Source of the DNA: an uncultured Chloroflexia bacterium
GTDB taxonomy: Bacteria > Chloroflexota > Limnocylindria > QHBO01
DNA length: 64,000 nt
Direction: 5' to 3'
Assembly (NCBI GenBank): GCA_963814375.1
Contig: CAWFCQ010000004.1
Location: 64,001 to 128,000, forward strand
Made by a program: the position numbers and the translations under genes. Shown one piece after another: positions 49,125-58,580 of this stretch. The notes below the pieces were generated by a model. It made no database searches. It was not told the DNA's origin and saw only the letters and a program-made list of their open reading frames with translations. Numbering within the stretch: position 1 is the first letter of the stretch; each line of letters begins with the position of its first letter.

Positions 49125-51872
49125 ATGACGGCCAGCAAGGGCGCCGGCGACCACCTCGCGTTCGTCGAGTCGCCAGCCGAGGCGAGGACGATGTCGAAGC
49201 CGCTCGTGATCGTCGAGTCGCCGGCCAAGGCCCGGACGCTGGCGCGCCTGCTCGGCGACGAGTACCAGGTCGAGGCCAGCGTCGGGCACATTCGCGACCT
49301 CCCCGGGAACGCGAGCGAGGTGCCGGCCGAGATCAAGGACAAGCCGTGGGGCCGGATCGGCGTCGACGTCGACAATGGCTTCCGGCCGTACTACGTGATC
49401 GCGCGCGACAAGACCGGCCGGATCCGCGACCTCCGCGCGGTGATGAAGGACGCCCCCGAGGTGCTGCTCGCCACCGACCCGGACCGCGAGGGCGAATCGA
49501 TCAGCTGGCACCTGCGGGAGGTGCTGAAGCCAAACGTACCGATCCGGCGCATCGAGTTCCACGAGATCACCGCAGAGGCCGTCCGGCGCGCGATCGACGA
49601 AGCGCGTGACATCGATCTCCAGCTGGTCGACGCGCAGGAGAGCCGCCGCATCGTCGATCGCCTGTACGGCTACATGGTCTCCCCGGTCCTGTGGAAGAAG
49701 GTCCAGACGGGCCTGAGCGCCGGGCGCGTGCAGAGCGTTGCCGTGCGCCTGGTCGTGGAGCGCGAGGAGGAGCGCAGCGCCTTCCGCAGCAGCGCCTACT
49801 GGAATCTCGAAGCGCACCTCCGCACGGCGGACGCCTCATTCACGGCCACGCTCGACCGCATCGGCGATGCGCGACTGGCAACCGGCAAGGACTTCGACCC
49901 GGCCACGGGGCGCCTCAGGGACGCGAGCGCCAGGATGCTGGATGAGCCGACCGCGCGCCAGCTGCGGGATGCGCTCGCGGGTCGCCTGCCGTGGTCGGTG
50001 ACCTCGGTCGAGGAGCGGCCCGCCACGCAGCGGCCGTCCGCACCGTTCACGACGTCCACGCTCCAGCAGGAGGCGAACCGCAAGCTCGGGTTCTCGGCCG
50101 AGCGGACCATGAGCGCGGCCCAGCGGCTGTTCCAGGAAGGCATCATCTCCTACCACCGCACGGACTCGACCACCCTGAGCGAGCGCGCGCTGAGCGAGTC
50201 GGCGACGGCCATCCGCGATCTGTACGGGGCCGATTTCTACGGCGGACCGCGGCAGTATCGGACGAAGGTCAAGAACGCCCAGGAAGCGCACGAGGCGATC
50301 CGGCCGACCGACTTCGGGCAGACCCCGACCCGTCTGGAGCAGCGATTCGGAGCGGATGAGCAGCGCCTCTACGAGCTGATCTGGAAGCGCGCGGTCGCGT
50401 CGCAGATGGCCGATGCTCGGCTGCAGCGCACGACGCTCGAGATCACCGCCGATGGGCCGGACGGGCCGTGCTACTTCACCGCCTCTGGCCGGACCATCCA
50501 GTTCGCTGGATTCCTGCGCGCGTATGTCGAGGGCTCGGATGATCCGGCCGCCGAGCTTGGCGACCAGGACACCACCCTGCCGGCGCTTCACCCCGGAGAC
50601 GAGGTGACGGCCGATGGGGCGCTCGCGCTGGCGGCGCTGGAGCCGAAGGGCCACGAGACGATCCCGCCCGCGCGCTACACCGATGCCTCGTTGGTGAAGC
50701 GCCTCGAGGAGGACGGCATCGGCAGACCGTCGACCTACGCCTCGATCATCTCGACCATCGAACGCCGGGGCTACGTGTGGCGGCAGGGCAAGGTGCTCAT
50801 TCCGACGTTCACGGCGTATGCCGTGACGCGGCTGCTCAAGGAGCACTTCGCCGCGCTGGTCGAGCTCGGCTTCACCGGCCAGATCGAGGAGTCGCTCGAC
50901 GAGATCGCGAAGGGCGAACGAGAGCGCGACGAGTTTCTCGCCACGTTCTACAACGGTGGTGCCGGGCAGGAGTGGCCCGGACTCAGGCCACTCGTCGAGA
51001 ACGAAGGCCAGATCGACTACCCCGTCATCGCGCTCGGGTCGCATCCGGAGACCGGCGTCCCGGTGGTCGTGCGCATCGGCCGATTCGGCCCCTACGTCCA
51101 GGTCGGCGAGGGCGAGTCCGCCGTCAATGCCTCCGTGCCGGACGAGGTGCCGCCTGCCGACTTCACGCTCGAGATGGCGGTCGAGCTGGTCGCGTCGCGC
51201 GCGAAGGGACCGGAGAGCCTCGGCAACGACCCCGCATCGGGGCTCCCGGTGTACGTCATGACCGGAAGGTTCGGGCCATACGTGCAGCTCGGCGAGACGC
51301 CCGAGAAGGGCAGCAAGGAAAAGCCCCGTCGCGCATCGCTGACGAGTGACGATGCAGAGGCGCGGATCACGCTGGCACGCGCACTCGAGCTCCTCGCACT
51401 TCCACGGCTCGTCGGCAACGACCCGGAGAGCGGGGAGGAGGTCGTCGCCAACTTCGGTCGATACGGGCCGTACGTGAAGCGCGGCGATGAGTTCCGGTCG
51501 CTCTCGTCGGACGCACAGGTGTTCGAGGTGAGCATCGAGGAGGCGGTCGAGCTCCTGAACACGGAGAAGCCATCGCGCCGTGGCGCTACAAGAAAAGTGC
51601 TGCGCGAGCTTGGGCCGCATCCCGACTCCGGCACCCCGATCCGGCTCCTCGACGGCAGGTACGGCCCCTATGTCAGCGACGGCACCACGAACGCGTCGCT
51701 CCCCTCTGAGGCCAGTCCGGACACTGTGACGCTCGACATCGCGGTCGGGCTGCTCAAGGCGCGTGAGGAGACGAAGCCCGCGGGCCGTCAGCGCCGACGC
51801 CCGAGCCGGCGGAGCGGCGCCGCGCGGCCGAAGGCACGCGGCAAGACCGCCGTGGGCGACGATCCTGCGTGA
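49125..51872 (+). CDS. topA: DNA topoisomerase I with Toprim_C repeats and no zinc fingers; alternative start 49191
   Basis: IVESPAKA, ATDPDREGE, SAGRVQS, ISYHRTDS, QEAHEAIRP, GIGRPSTYA; four GR(F/Y)GPYV repeats; basic tail. Confidence 0.97.
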   Translation: MTASKGAGDHLAFVESPAEARTMSKPLVIVESPAKARTLARLLGDEYQVEASVGHIRDLPGNASEVPAEIKDKPWGRIGVDVDNGFRPYYVIARDKTGRIRDLRAVMKDAPEVLLATDPDREGESISWHLREVLKPNVPIRRIEFHEITAEAVRRAIDEARDIDLQLVDAQESRRIVDRLYGYMVSPVLWKKVQTGLSAGRVQSVAVRLVVEREEERSAFRSSAYWNLEAHLRTADASFTATLDRIGDARLATGKDFDPATGRLRDASARMLDEPTARQLRDALAGRLPWSVTSVEERPATQRPSAPFTTSTLQQEANRKLGFSAERTMSAAQRLFQEGIISYHRTDSTTLSERALSESATAIRDLYGADFYGGPRQYRTKVKNAQEAHEAIRPTDFGQTPTRLEQRFGADEQRLYELIWKRAVASQMADARLQRTTLEITADGPDGPCYFTASGRTIQFAGFLRAYVEGSDDPAAELGDQDTTLPALHPGDEVTADGALALAALEPKGHETIPPARYTDASLVKRLEEDGIGRPSTYASIISTIERRGYVWRQGKVLIPTFTAYAVTRLLKEHFAALVELGFTGQIEESLDEIAKGERERDEFLATFYNGGAGQEWPGLRPLVENEGQIDYPVIALGSHPETGVPVVVRIGRFGPYVQVGEGESAVNASVPDEVPPADFTLEMAVELVASRAKGPESLGNDPASGLPVYVMTGRFGPYVQLGETPEKGSKEKPRRASLTSDDAEARITLARALELLALPRLVGNDPESGEEVVANFGRYGPYVKRGDEFRSLSSDAQVFEVSIEEAVELLNTEKPSRRGATRKVLRELGPHPDSGTPIRLLDGRYGPYVSDGTTNASLPSEASPDTVTLDIAVGLLKAREETKPAGRQRRRPSRRSGAARPKARGKTAVGDDPA
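49155..49241 (+). repeat. 48-bp-period duplication at the topA 5' end
   Basis: CTCGCGTTCGTCGAGTCGCCAGCCGAGGCGAGGACG versus CTCGTGATCGTCGAGTCGCCGGCCAAGGCCCGGACG. Confidence 0.85.
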
Positions 51873-52810
51873 CCCCCGCTCAGGAGGCGCAGCGGGCGCT
51901 GGACGCCTTCCTCGAAGCGCTCCGAGCCCGTAACGCATCTCCGGGGACGATCGTCGAGTATCGGCGCCACGGCACGGAGTACCTCGACTTCCTGGCCGGC
52001 CGCGGCGTCGACTGGAGGTCGCCCGAGCGTGCCGTCATCCGCGCCTATCTCGCCGCCCTGGCTGATCGCGGCCTGGCGGCGAGCTCCGTCGCCGGCCGGC
52101 TCGCCGCCGTTCGCTCTCTCTACCGCCATGCCCTACGCAACGGCCGGATCGAGACCGATCCGCTGGCCGGCGTTCGCGCGCCGCGCCGGCCGTCACGCCT
52201 GCCACGTGTCCTCTCGATCGACGAGGCAGAGGCGCTCGTCACCGCGCCGTCCCGGGCCGGCGGCCGCAGCGAGGCGCTGGTTCGGCGCGATGCCGCCATG
52301 CTCGAGCTGCTCTACGCGACCGGGATGCGCGTCAGCGAGCTGGCCGGTTTGACCATCGACCGTCTCGATGTCGAGCGGCGGCGGCTCAGGGTGATCGGCA
52401 AGGGCATGAAGGAGCGTCAGCTCCTGTTCGGCGCCCCCGCGGCGGCGGCGATGCGGGCCTACCTCCACACCGGGCGGCCGGAGCTGGCCCGACGGGGCGA
52501 GCACCCGCAGAGCGCGGTATTTCTCAATGCCCGGGGAGGACCGCTCGGCGCGCGTGGTGCGCGATGGGTCCTGCGTCGCTGGGTCGATGCGACCGGCGTC
52601 TCACCACGCACCTCGCCCCACACTTTGCGCCACTCCTTCGCCACCCATCTGCTCGAAGGCGGCGCCGACCTGCGCGTCGTGCAGGAGCTGCTCGGGCACG
52701 CGAACCTCCAGACGACGCAGATTTACACCCACCTCTCCGACGCCGCGCTGCGCAGCGCCTATCGCGACGCGCACCCGCGCGCGCGGTCCGGCGGGCGGGC
52801 GGGACGGTGA
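51869..52810 (+). CDS. xerC: Tyrosine recombinase XerC/D
   Basis: ELLYATGMRVSEL, GKG, SPHTLRHSFATHLL, LLGH, TTQIYTH; dprA-topA-xerC synteny. Confidence 0.93.
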   Translation: MTPAQEAQRALDAFLEALRARNASPGTIVEYRRHGTEYLDFLAGRGVDWRSPERAVIRAYLAALADRGLAASSVAGRLAAVRSLYRHALRNGRIETDPLAGVRAPRRPSRLPRVLSIDEAEALVTAPSRAGGRSEALVRRDAAMLELLYATGMRVSELAGLTIDRLDVERRRLRVIGKGMKERQLLFGAPAAAAMRAYLHTGRPELARRGEHPQSAVFLNARGGPLGARGARWVLRRWVDATGVSPRTSPHTLRHSFATHLLEGGADLRVVQELLGHANLQTTQIYTHLSDAALRSAYRDAHPRARSGGRAGR

Positions 52811-54447
52811 CGCAGGGCCAGTCGAGCCCCGGCCCCACCCCCTCCGTGGCGCCGTCGGACGCGCCGACGCCCGAGGTGGGCGCGGGAGTCTCATCGGCGC
52901 GCGTCCTCGTCACCGCCAGCCTGATTCTCACGGTTGCCGCCCTCGCCAGCCGGCTCCTCGGCTGGATCCGGCTGCTCGTCATCGGCTCGGAGTTCGGCGC
53001 CAGCCGGGAGCTCGACGCCTACTTCGCCGCCTTCCGCATCCCCGATGCGATCTTCCAGCTCGTCGTCGCGGGCGCGCTGAGCGCGGCGCTTATCCCCGTC
53101 TTCTCGAGCTACAAGGCCCGCGGCCAGGATGAGGAAGCGTGGCGCCTGGCCAGCAGCGTCATCAACCTCGTCCTCATCGCGCTCGTCCTCATCAGCGGCG
53201 TGATGGCGATCTTCGCGCCGGCGTTCGTGCCCATCGTCGCGCCCGGGTTCGACGCCGAGACCACCGAGCTCACGGTGCGGCTGACGCGCATCATGCTGCT
53301 CAGCCCGGTGCTCGTCGGCATGGGCGCGGTGGTCACCGGGATCCTGAACAGCTACCACCAGTTCACGGTGCCGGCGATCGCCCCGCTGGTCTACAACCTC
53401 GCAATCATCGGCGCCGCGATCCTCCTTGCCCCCGTCATCGGCATCGAGGGTCTCGCCATCGGCGTCGTGATCGGGTCGCTGGCCCATCTCCTCATCCAGC
53501 TGCCTCGCCTCGCGAAGGTGGGGAACCGCTACCGGCCGATCATCGAGCTCGGCCACCCGGGGGTGCGGCGCGTGGTCACCCTCATGGGCCCACGAACCCT
53601 CGGGCTGGCGGCGGGCCAGATCAACTTCATCGTCAGCACCAGCCTCGCCTCCGCGCTCGTCGCCGGAAGCCTGACGGCCTACAACTATGCCTTCCAGCTC
53701 AGCCAGATCCCGGTCGGCGTGATCGGCGTGAGCATCGCGGTGGCCCTGTTTCCCACGCTGAGCCAGGACGCCGCCCTGGGGCGCATCGGCGAGATTCGGC
53801 GGCAGGTGGCGAACGCGGTTCGCGTGTTGATCTTCATTGCCGCACCCCTGACGGCGATCATGGTCGTGCTGCGTGAGCCGCTGACCAGCGTCTTCTACCA
53901 GTACGGCCTCTTCAGCCAGGAGGCCACCGAGCTGACGGCGAACGCCCTTCTCTTCTTCGCGCTCGGCCTCGGCGGGCACATCGTGGTCCACGTGCTGACG
54001 AGGGCGTTCTACGCCATGCAGGACACGCGGACACCGGTGACGTGGGCGATCATCGCCGTCGCAATCAACGTCCCGCTGATGGTTCTGCTGGTCGACCCGA
54101 TGGGCGTCGACGGCCTCGCGCTGGCGCTGTCGATCGCGGCCGTGCTGGAGGTCATCGGCCTGCTGTGGAGCCTCCATCGGCGCATCGAGTCGGTCGAGGG
54201 CGCCGCCATCCTGCGATCGCTGGCCCGAGCGACGGCCGCCGGGCTCGCCGCCGCGATCGTCATGCTGGCCGGACTCCTGCTGATCGAGGCCGCCATGCCA
54301 CAGCTCCTGGTGAACGGCCTCGGCCGGGTGGTCGTGCTGCTCACGCTCTCGGCCGCCGGCGGAGCGGTCTTTCTCGGGGTCGCCGCGCTGCTCCACTCGC
54401 CGGAGCTCGTCCAGCTGCGCGGGATCGTTCGCAGGCGTCGGACATGA
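52807..54447 (+). CDS. murJ: Lipid II flippase
   Basis: SRLLGWIR, DAYFAAFRIPD, FIVST, RAFYAMQDTRTP; many TM. Confidence 0.95.
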   Translation: MTQGQSSPGPTPSVAPSDAPTPEVGAGVSSARVLVTASLILTVAALASRLLGWIRLLVIGSEFGASRELDAYFAAFRIPDAIFQLVVAGALSAALIPVFSSYKARGQDEEAWRLASSVINLVLIALVLISGVMAIFAPAFVPIVAPGFDAETTELTVRLTRIMLLSPVLVGMGAVVTGILNSYHQFTVPAIAPLVYNLAIIGAAILLAPVIGIEGLAIGVVIGSLAHLLIQLPRLAKVGNRYRPIIELGHPGVRRVVTLMGPRTLGLAAGQINFIVSTSLASALVAGSLTAYNYAFQLSQIPVGVIGVSIAVALFPTLSQDAALGRIGEIRRQVANAVRVLIFIAAPLTAIMVVLREPLTSVFYQYGLFSQEATELTANALLFFALGLGGHIVVHVLTRAFYAMQDTRTPVTWAIIAVAINVPLMVLLVDPMGVDGLALALSIAAVLEVIGLLWSLHRRIESVEGAAILRSLARATAAGLAAAIVMLAGLLLIEAAMPQLLVNGLGRVVVLLTLSAAGGAVFLGVAALLHSPELVQLRGIVRRRRT

Positions 54448-55508
54448 TCGAGCTGCGACCCGCGAGGGAGGCCGATGGCGCGGCGTGGCAGGCATTCCTG
54501 GCCGCCACGTCGACCGGGGACTTCCTGCATGACTGGGCATGGGCCGAAGTCGCGGCCCACGACGGCGAGCCGCCGCACCGTTACCTCCTCGAGGAGGACG
54601 GCTCGATCGTGGCGATCGTCGCGGCGCAGCCCCGCTCGCTGCCCCTTGGGCGCACCTTCTGGTACGTCCCGCATGGACCGGTCATCGACCTCGCGAATCC
54701 GCGGGCCGCGGAACGGCTCAAGGCTCTTTTCGTGGCCCTGCGCGTGGTCGCAGCGGAGCACCGGGCCGTCGCCGTCAAGCTCGAGCCGCGGGTGGAGGCC
54801 GGCGGTGCGCCCGCGGAGATCTTCCATCACGCGCGTGGCCTTCGACCGATGGCGAACACGCTCCAGGTGGGCCAGACCCGCATCGTCGATCTCACCGACG
54901 ATGATTCGCTGATGGGCGGCTTCGACAAGGACACGCGCTACTCGATTCGACGCGCGGAGCGCGAGGGCGTTGCGGTTCGCGTCGTGGATGACGCAACGGA
55001 CACCCGGCCGGTCGACGACCTCCACCAGCTGGTTGGCGAGACGCAGCGCCGGGCCGGATTCCCGATGCCGTCGCTCGAGCGCTATCGAATCGCATGGCGG
55101 AGCCTTGCGGGCGCTGGTCGGGGGGCGATCCTGGAAGCACGGCGCGATGACGCGATTCTGGCGTCGGGGATGGTGGTGATCGAGGGCGACCGCTCCTTCT
55201 ACCTCTTCAGCGGCTCCCGCCGCGAGGAGCGCGGCGAGCCGAAGCACTACGCCAGCTACGCCCTGCAGTGGGCGATGATGCGGTACGCCCGCGATCGCGG
55301 CGCCCAACATCACGACCTGTGGGGCGTCGCGCCGCCCGGCGCGCCACCGGACCATCCCTGGGCCGGGGTCGGCCTCTTCAAGAAGGGCTTCGGCGGGCGC
55401 GAGGTGACCTGGGCTGGAAGCTCCGACCTCGTCGTCGATCCCACCCTCTATCGGCTTCGCGCGGCGACGGGGATCATGCGTGGCTGGCTGCGAAGACTGC
55501 GCCGATGA
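54444..55508 (+). CDS. FemABX family peptidoglycan bridge peptidyltransferase
   Basis: FLHDWAW, YVPHGPV, TRYSIRRAEREGV, ALQWAMM, DLWGV, FKKGFGG. Confidence 0.9.
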   Translation: MIELRPAREADGAAWQAFLAATSTGDFLHDWAWAEVAAHDGEPPHRYLLEEDGSIVAIVAAQPRSLPLGRTFWYVPHGPVIDLANPRAAERLKALFVALRVVAAEHRAVAVKLEPRVEAGGAPAEIFHHARGLRPMANTLQVGQTRIVDLTDDDSLMGGFDKDTRYSIRRAEREGVAVRVVDDATDTRPVDDLHQLVGETQRRAGFPMPSLERYRIAWRSLAGAGRGAILEARRDDAILASGMVVIEGDRSFYLFSGSRREERGEPKHYASYALQWAMMRYARDRGAQHHDLWGVAPPGAPPDHPWAGVGLFKKGFGGREVTWAGSSDLVVDPTLYRLRAATGIMRGWLRRLRR

Positions 55509-56989
55509 GCATGGGGCTCGGTGCGCTCGCGGACGTGATCGGCCCGGACCGCGTGAGCGGGATCCCGGTCGGCGAAATCTCCGCGCTTGCCTATGACTCC
55601 CGTGCCGTCAACCCGGGCACCCTCTTCTTCGCCGTCCCCGGCGTGCACGTCGACGGCCACGACTTCGTCGCCGATGCCGTCGCGGCCGGCGCGGCTGCCG
55701 TCGTGGTCGAGCGGGAGCTGTCCGGGGTCGAGGTCCCGCAGCTCGTCGTGGATCGGACGCGCCGCGCGCTGGCGGATGCCGCCGACGCATGGTTCGGCCG
55801 TCCGTCGGAGAAGCTCCGCGTCATCGGCATCACCGGCACGGATGGCAAGACGACGACTGCGTTCCTGGCGGTCGACGTGCTGCGGGCATCGGGGCGGCGC
55901 CCTGGGATGGTCGGTACCGTGGCCGTCGACATCGGCGAGCAGCGGCTCTCGAACCAGGATCGCAACACGACGCCGGAGGCCCTCGAGCTCCAGGGCCTGC
56001 TGGCGGAGATGGTCGCGGCCGGTAACGACGGGGTGGTCATGGAGGCCACCTCCCACGGCCTCGCCCTCGAGCGGACGCGAAACTGTCGGTTCCGCGTCGG
56101 CGTGGTGACCGGCGTCACGAGCGAGCATCTCGAGTTCCACGGCAGCCTGGAGGCGTATCGGTCGGCGAAGGCGCGGCTCGTCGAGGAGGCGCCGATGACG
56201 ATCCTGAATGCTGACGATCCGTCGTTCGGCTACTTCCGCGACCGTGCGTCGGACGCCGTCCTGACCTACGCCATCGAAGCCGATGCGGACCTGCGCGCCA
56301 GCGACGTCGACGCGGACGCCACCGGCAGCCGCTTCACCCTGGTTGCGCCCGAGTGGAGCGGATCGGTCGCTCTGCCGATGCCCGGACGCTTCAACGTCAG
56401 CAACGCGCTGGCGGCGCTCGCGATCGCGCACGTCGAGGGCGTGCCGTTGGGCGACGCGACGTCGGCGCTGGCCAACAGCGCAGGGGTGCCCGGACGGATG
56501 GAGCGGGTGGACGCCGGCCAGCCGTTCGCGGTGGTGGTCGACTACGCCCACACCGCCGACTCGCTCGCGAAGGTGCTGAGCATGCTGCGGCCAGTCACCC
56601 GCGGTCGCCTCATCGCCGTCTTCGGCTCGGCGGGGGAGCGTGACCCCACCAAGCGTCCGGCAATGGGACGGGTGAGCGCGGAGCTCGCCGACCTCACGAT
56701 CGTGACCGACGAGGATCCGCGCCTCGAGGACCCCCGCGTCATCAACGACGCGATCGCCGCCGGCGCACGTGCCGCGGGGGCGCGAGATCGCGAGACGCTG
56801 TTGGTGATCGACGACCGACGCGAGGCGATTGCCCACGCCGTCGGTCTCGCGGCCGAGGGCGACGTCATCCTCCTGGCCGGCAAGGGCCACGAGACGAGCA
56901 TCTTCTACGGCACCGAGAAGCGACCATGGGACGATCGCCTCGTGGCACGCGAGGCCCTGGCGGCAGGCGGATGGACCGATGAGCGCTGA
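55505..56989 (+). CDS. murE: UDP-MurNAc-L-Ala-D-Glu diamino acid ligase
   Basis: YDSR, DGHDF, GITGTDGKTTT, TTPE, EATSHG, GRME, DYAHT, TDEDPR, AGKGHE. Confidence 0.96.
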   Translation: MSMGLGALADVIGPDRVSGIPVGEISALAYDSRAVNPGTLFFAVPGVHVDGHDFVADAVAAGAAAVVVERELSGVEVPQLVVDRTRRALADAADAWFGRPSEKLRVIGITGTDGKTTTAFLAVDVLRASGRRPGMVGTVAVDIGEQRLSNQDRNTTPEALELQGLLAEMVAAGNDGVVMEATSHGLALERTRNCRFRVGVVTGVTSEHLEFHGSLEAYRSAKARLVEEAPMTILNADDPSFGYFRDRASDAVLTYAIEADADLRASDVDADATGSRFTLVAPEWSGSVALPMPGRFNVSNALAALAIAHVEGVPLGDATSALANSAGVPGRMERVDAGQPFAVVVDYAHTADSLAKVLSMLRPVTRGRLIAVFGSAGERDPTKRPAMGRVSAELADLTIVTDEDPRLEDPRVINDAIAAGARAAGARDRETLLVIDDRREAIAHAVGLAAEGDVILLAGKGHETSIFYGTEKRPWDDRLVAREALAAGGWTDER

Positions 56990-58058
56990 GCTGCGCGCGT
57001 GGCGCGTGACCGATGCCGCGTCGTGGAACGCGTTCGTCGAGGCCGCGCCGTACCACGCCTTCCCGCAGCTGTGGGAGTGGGGCGAGGTGCGGGCCATGGG
57101 CGGCTGGCGGCCGATCCGGCTCGCCGTCGGACCATCGCCCGACCGGCCGCTGGCCGGTGCCCAGCTCCTCCTGCGGCGCATTCCGTTGGTCGGCTGGCAC
57201 CTTGCGTACGTCCCCCGTGGGCCGATCGGCGAGCTCGACGACCCCGCCGTGCGCGAAGGGCTGCTCGGCGCGCTGCGGTCGCTCGGTCGTGCCGAGAGAA
57301 TCGCCACTGTCCGTGCCGATCCGGAGGCGACGCCCTCGTCGGGGTACGGCGCCGCGCTGCTTCGCTCGCCGTGGCGGGCCGCACCCAAGGTGCAGCCGCC
57401 CGTGACCCGGACAATCGACCTGACCGTCGGTGAGGACGCGCTCCGCGCCAACCTGAAGCGGAAGCACCGGCAGTACGTCAACAAGGCGGAACGCTCCGGG
57501 ATCAGCATCGAGCGCTTCGACGGCTCGGCGCCACGCGACCTCATCGGTCCCGCGCTTGCGGACTTCAACCGCATCTATCGGTTCACCGCAGACCGTGCCG
57601 GGTTCGTGGCGAGGCAGCCGTTCTACTACGAGCGCGTCTGGTCGATCTTCGCGCCGACGGGCCGCGTCCGCCTGAGCTTCGCGGTGCGCGACGGAGAGCG
57701 GGTCGCCACCATCTTCCATTTCACCTGTGGCGACCGCGCGGTCGAGTCGTACGGCGGCATGACCGATCCCGGCGCCGAGGCGCGCGCCAACTACTTCCTG
57801 AAGTGGGCGGCCATCAGCGATTTCGCGCGCGAGGGCTTCGCCGTCTACGACCTGTGGGGACTCGCGACCGGCGGCATTCGCCAGTTCAAAGAGGGCTTCG
57901 GCGGCGACGAGGTCACCTACGTCGGCGCGCGCGACCTTGCCCTGCGCGCCCCCATCGATGCCGTGCTCCGTGTGGGCCTGCCTGCCTACGGCTGGGCCCA
58001 GCGCGCTCGTCTGCGCCTGCGAGGGCAGGCCGGGCCGGAGCCGACGGAAGCGGCCTGA
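56979..58058 (+). CDS. FemABX family peptidyltransferase (second paralog)
   Basis: PQLWEWGEV, YVPRGP, RQYVNKAERSG, YDLWG, QFKEGFGG. Confidence 0.9.
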   Translation: MSAELRAWRVTDAASWNAFVEAAPYHAFPQLWEWGEVRAMGGWRPIRLAVGPSPDRPLAGAQLLLRRIPLVGWHLAYVPRGPIGELDDPAVREGLLGALRSLGRAERIATVRADPEATPSSGYGAALLRSPWRAAPKVQPPVTRTIDLTVGEDALRANLKRKHRQYVNKAERSGISIERFDGSAPRDLIGPALADFNRIYRFTADRAGFVARQPFYYERVWSIFAPTGRVRLSFAVRDGERVATIFHFTCGDRAVESYGGMTDPGAEARANYFLKWAAISDFAREGFAVYDLWGLATGGIRQFKEGFGGDEVTYVGARDLALRAPIDAVLRVGLPAYGWAQRARLRLRGQAGPEPTEAA

Positions 58059-58061
58059 CCG

Positions 58062-58559
58062 ATGCCATCGCCGGATCTCCTCCACCCGCGCGTCCGCGCC
58101 GAGCTCGAAGCGACCGGCGTCGAGTTCGAGGTCATGGAGTGCGACCCGGCGCTGGCCGACACCGCGGCATTCGTCGAGGCCTACGGCGTTCCACTCGACC
58201 ACAGCGCGAACACGATCGTGGTTGCCTCGAAGGGCGCTGAGCCGACATATGCGGCATGCGTTCTCCTGGCGACGACGTCCCTCGACGTGAACTCCGTCGT
58301 GCGCCGCGAGATGGGCGTTCGCAAGGCATCCTTCGCACGCGGCGATCCGGTGCACGACCTGACCGGCATGGAGATCGGCGGTGTGACGCCGTTCGGTCTG
58401 CCGGATGACCTGCCGGTGCTCGTCGACGATCGGGTCTTGGAGCCGGAGTGGATCATCCTCGGGGGCGGTAACCGCTCGTCGAAGCTGAGGGTGGCGCCAA
58501 GCGTACTGCGCGCGCTCGCTTCGGTCCGCGTGGTTCCCGGCCTCGCCGTCATGCGCTGA
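58062..58559 (+). CDS. YbaK/ProX/EbsC family aminoacyl-tRNA deacylase
   Basis: SANTIVV, KASFA, TGMEIGGVTPFG, GGGNRSSK. Confidence 0.88.
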   Translation: MPSPDLLHPRVRAELEATGVEFEVMECDPALADTAAFVEAYGVPLDHSANTIVVASKGAEPTYAACVLLATTSLDVNSVVRREMGVRKASFARGDPVHDLTGMEIGGVTPFGLPDDLPVLVDDRVLEPEWIILGGGNRSSKLRVAPSVLRALASVRVVPGLAVMR

Positions 58560-58580
58560 GTCTCGCCGTACACTTCCCCC

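Noticed and set aside
51869-52810. Tyrosine recombinase as a mobile-element integrase
   Set aside because: XerC/D-type sequence in housekeeping topA-xerC synteny; no att sites or cargo seen
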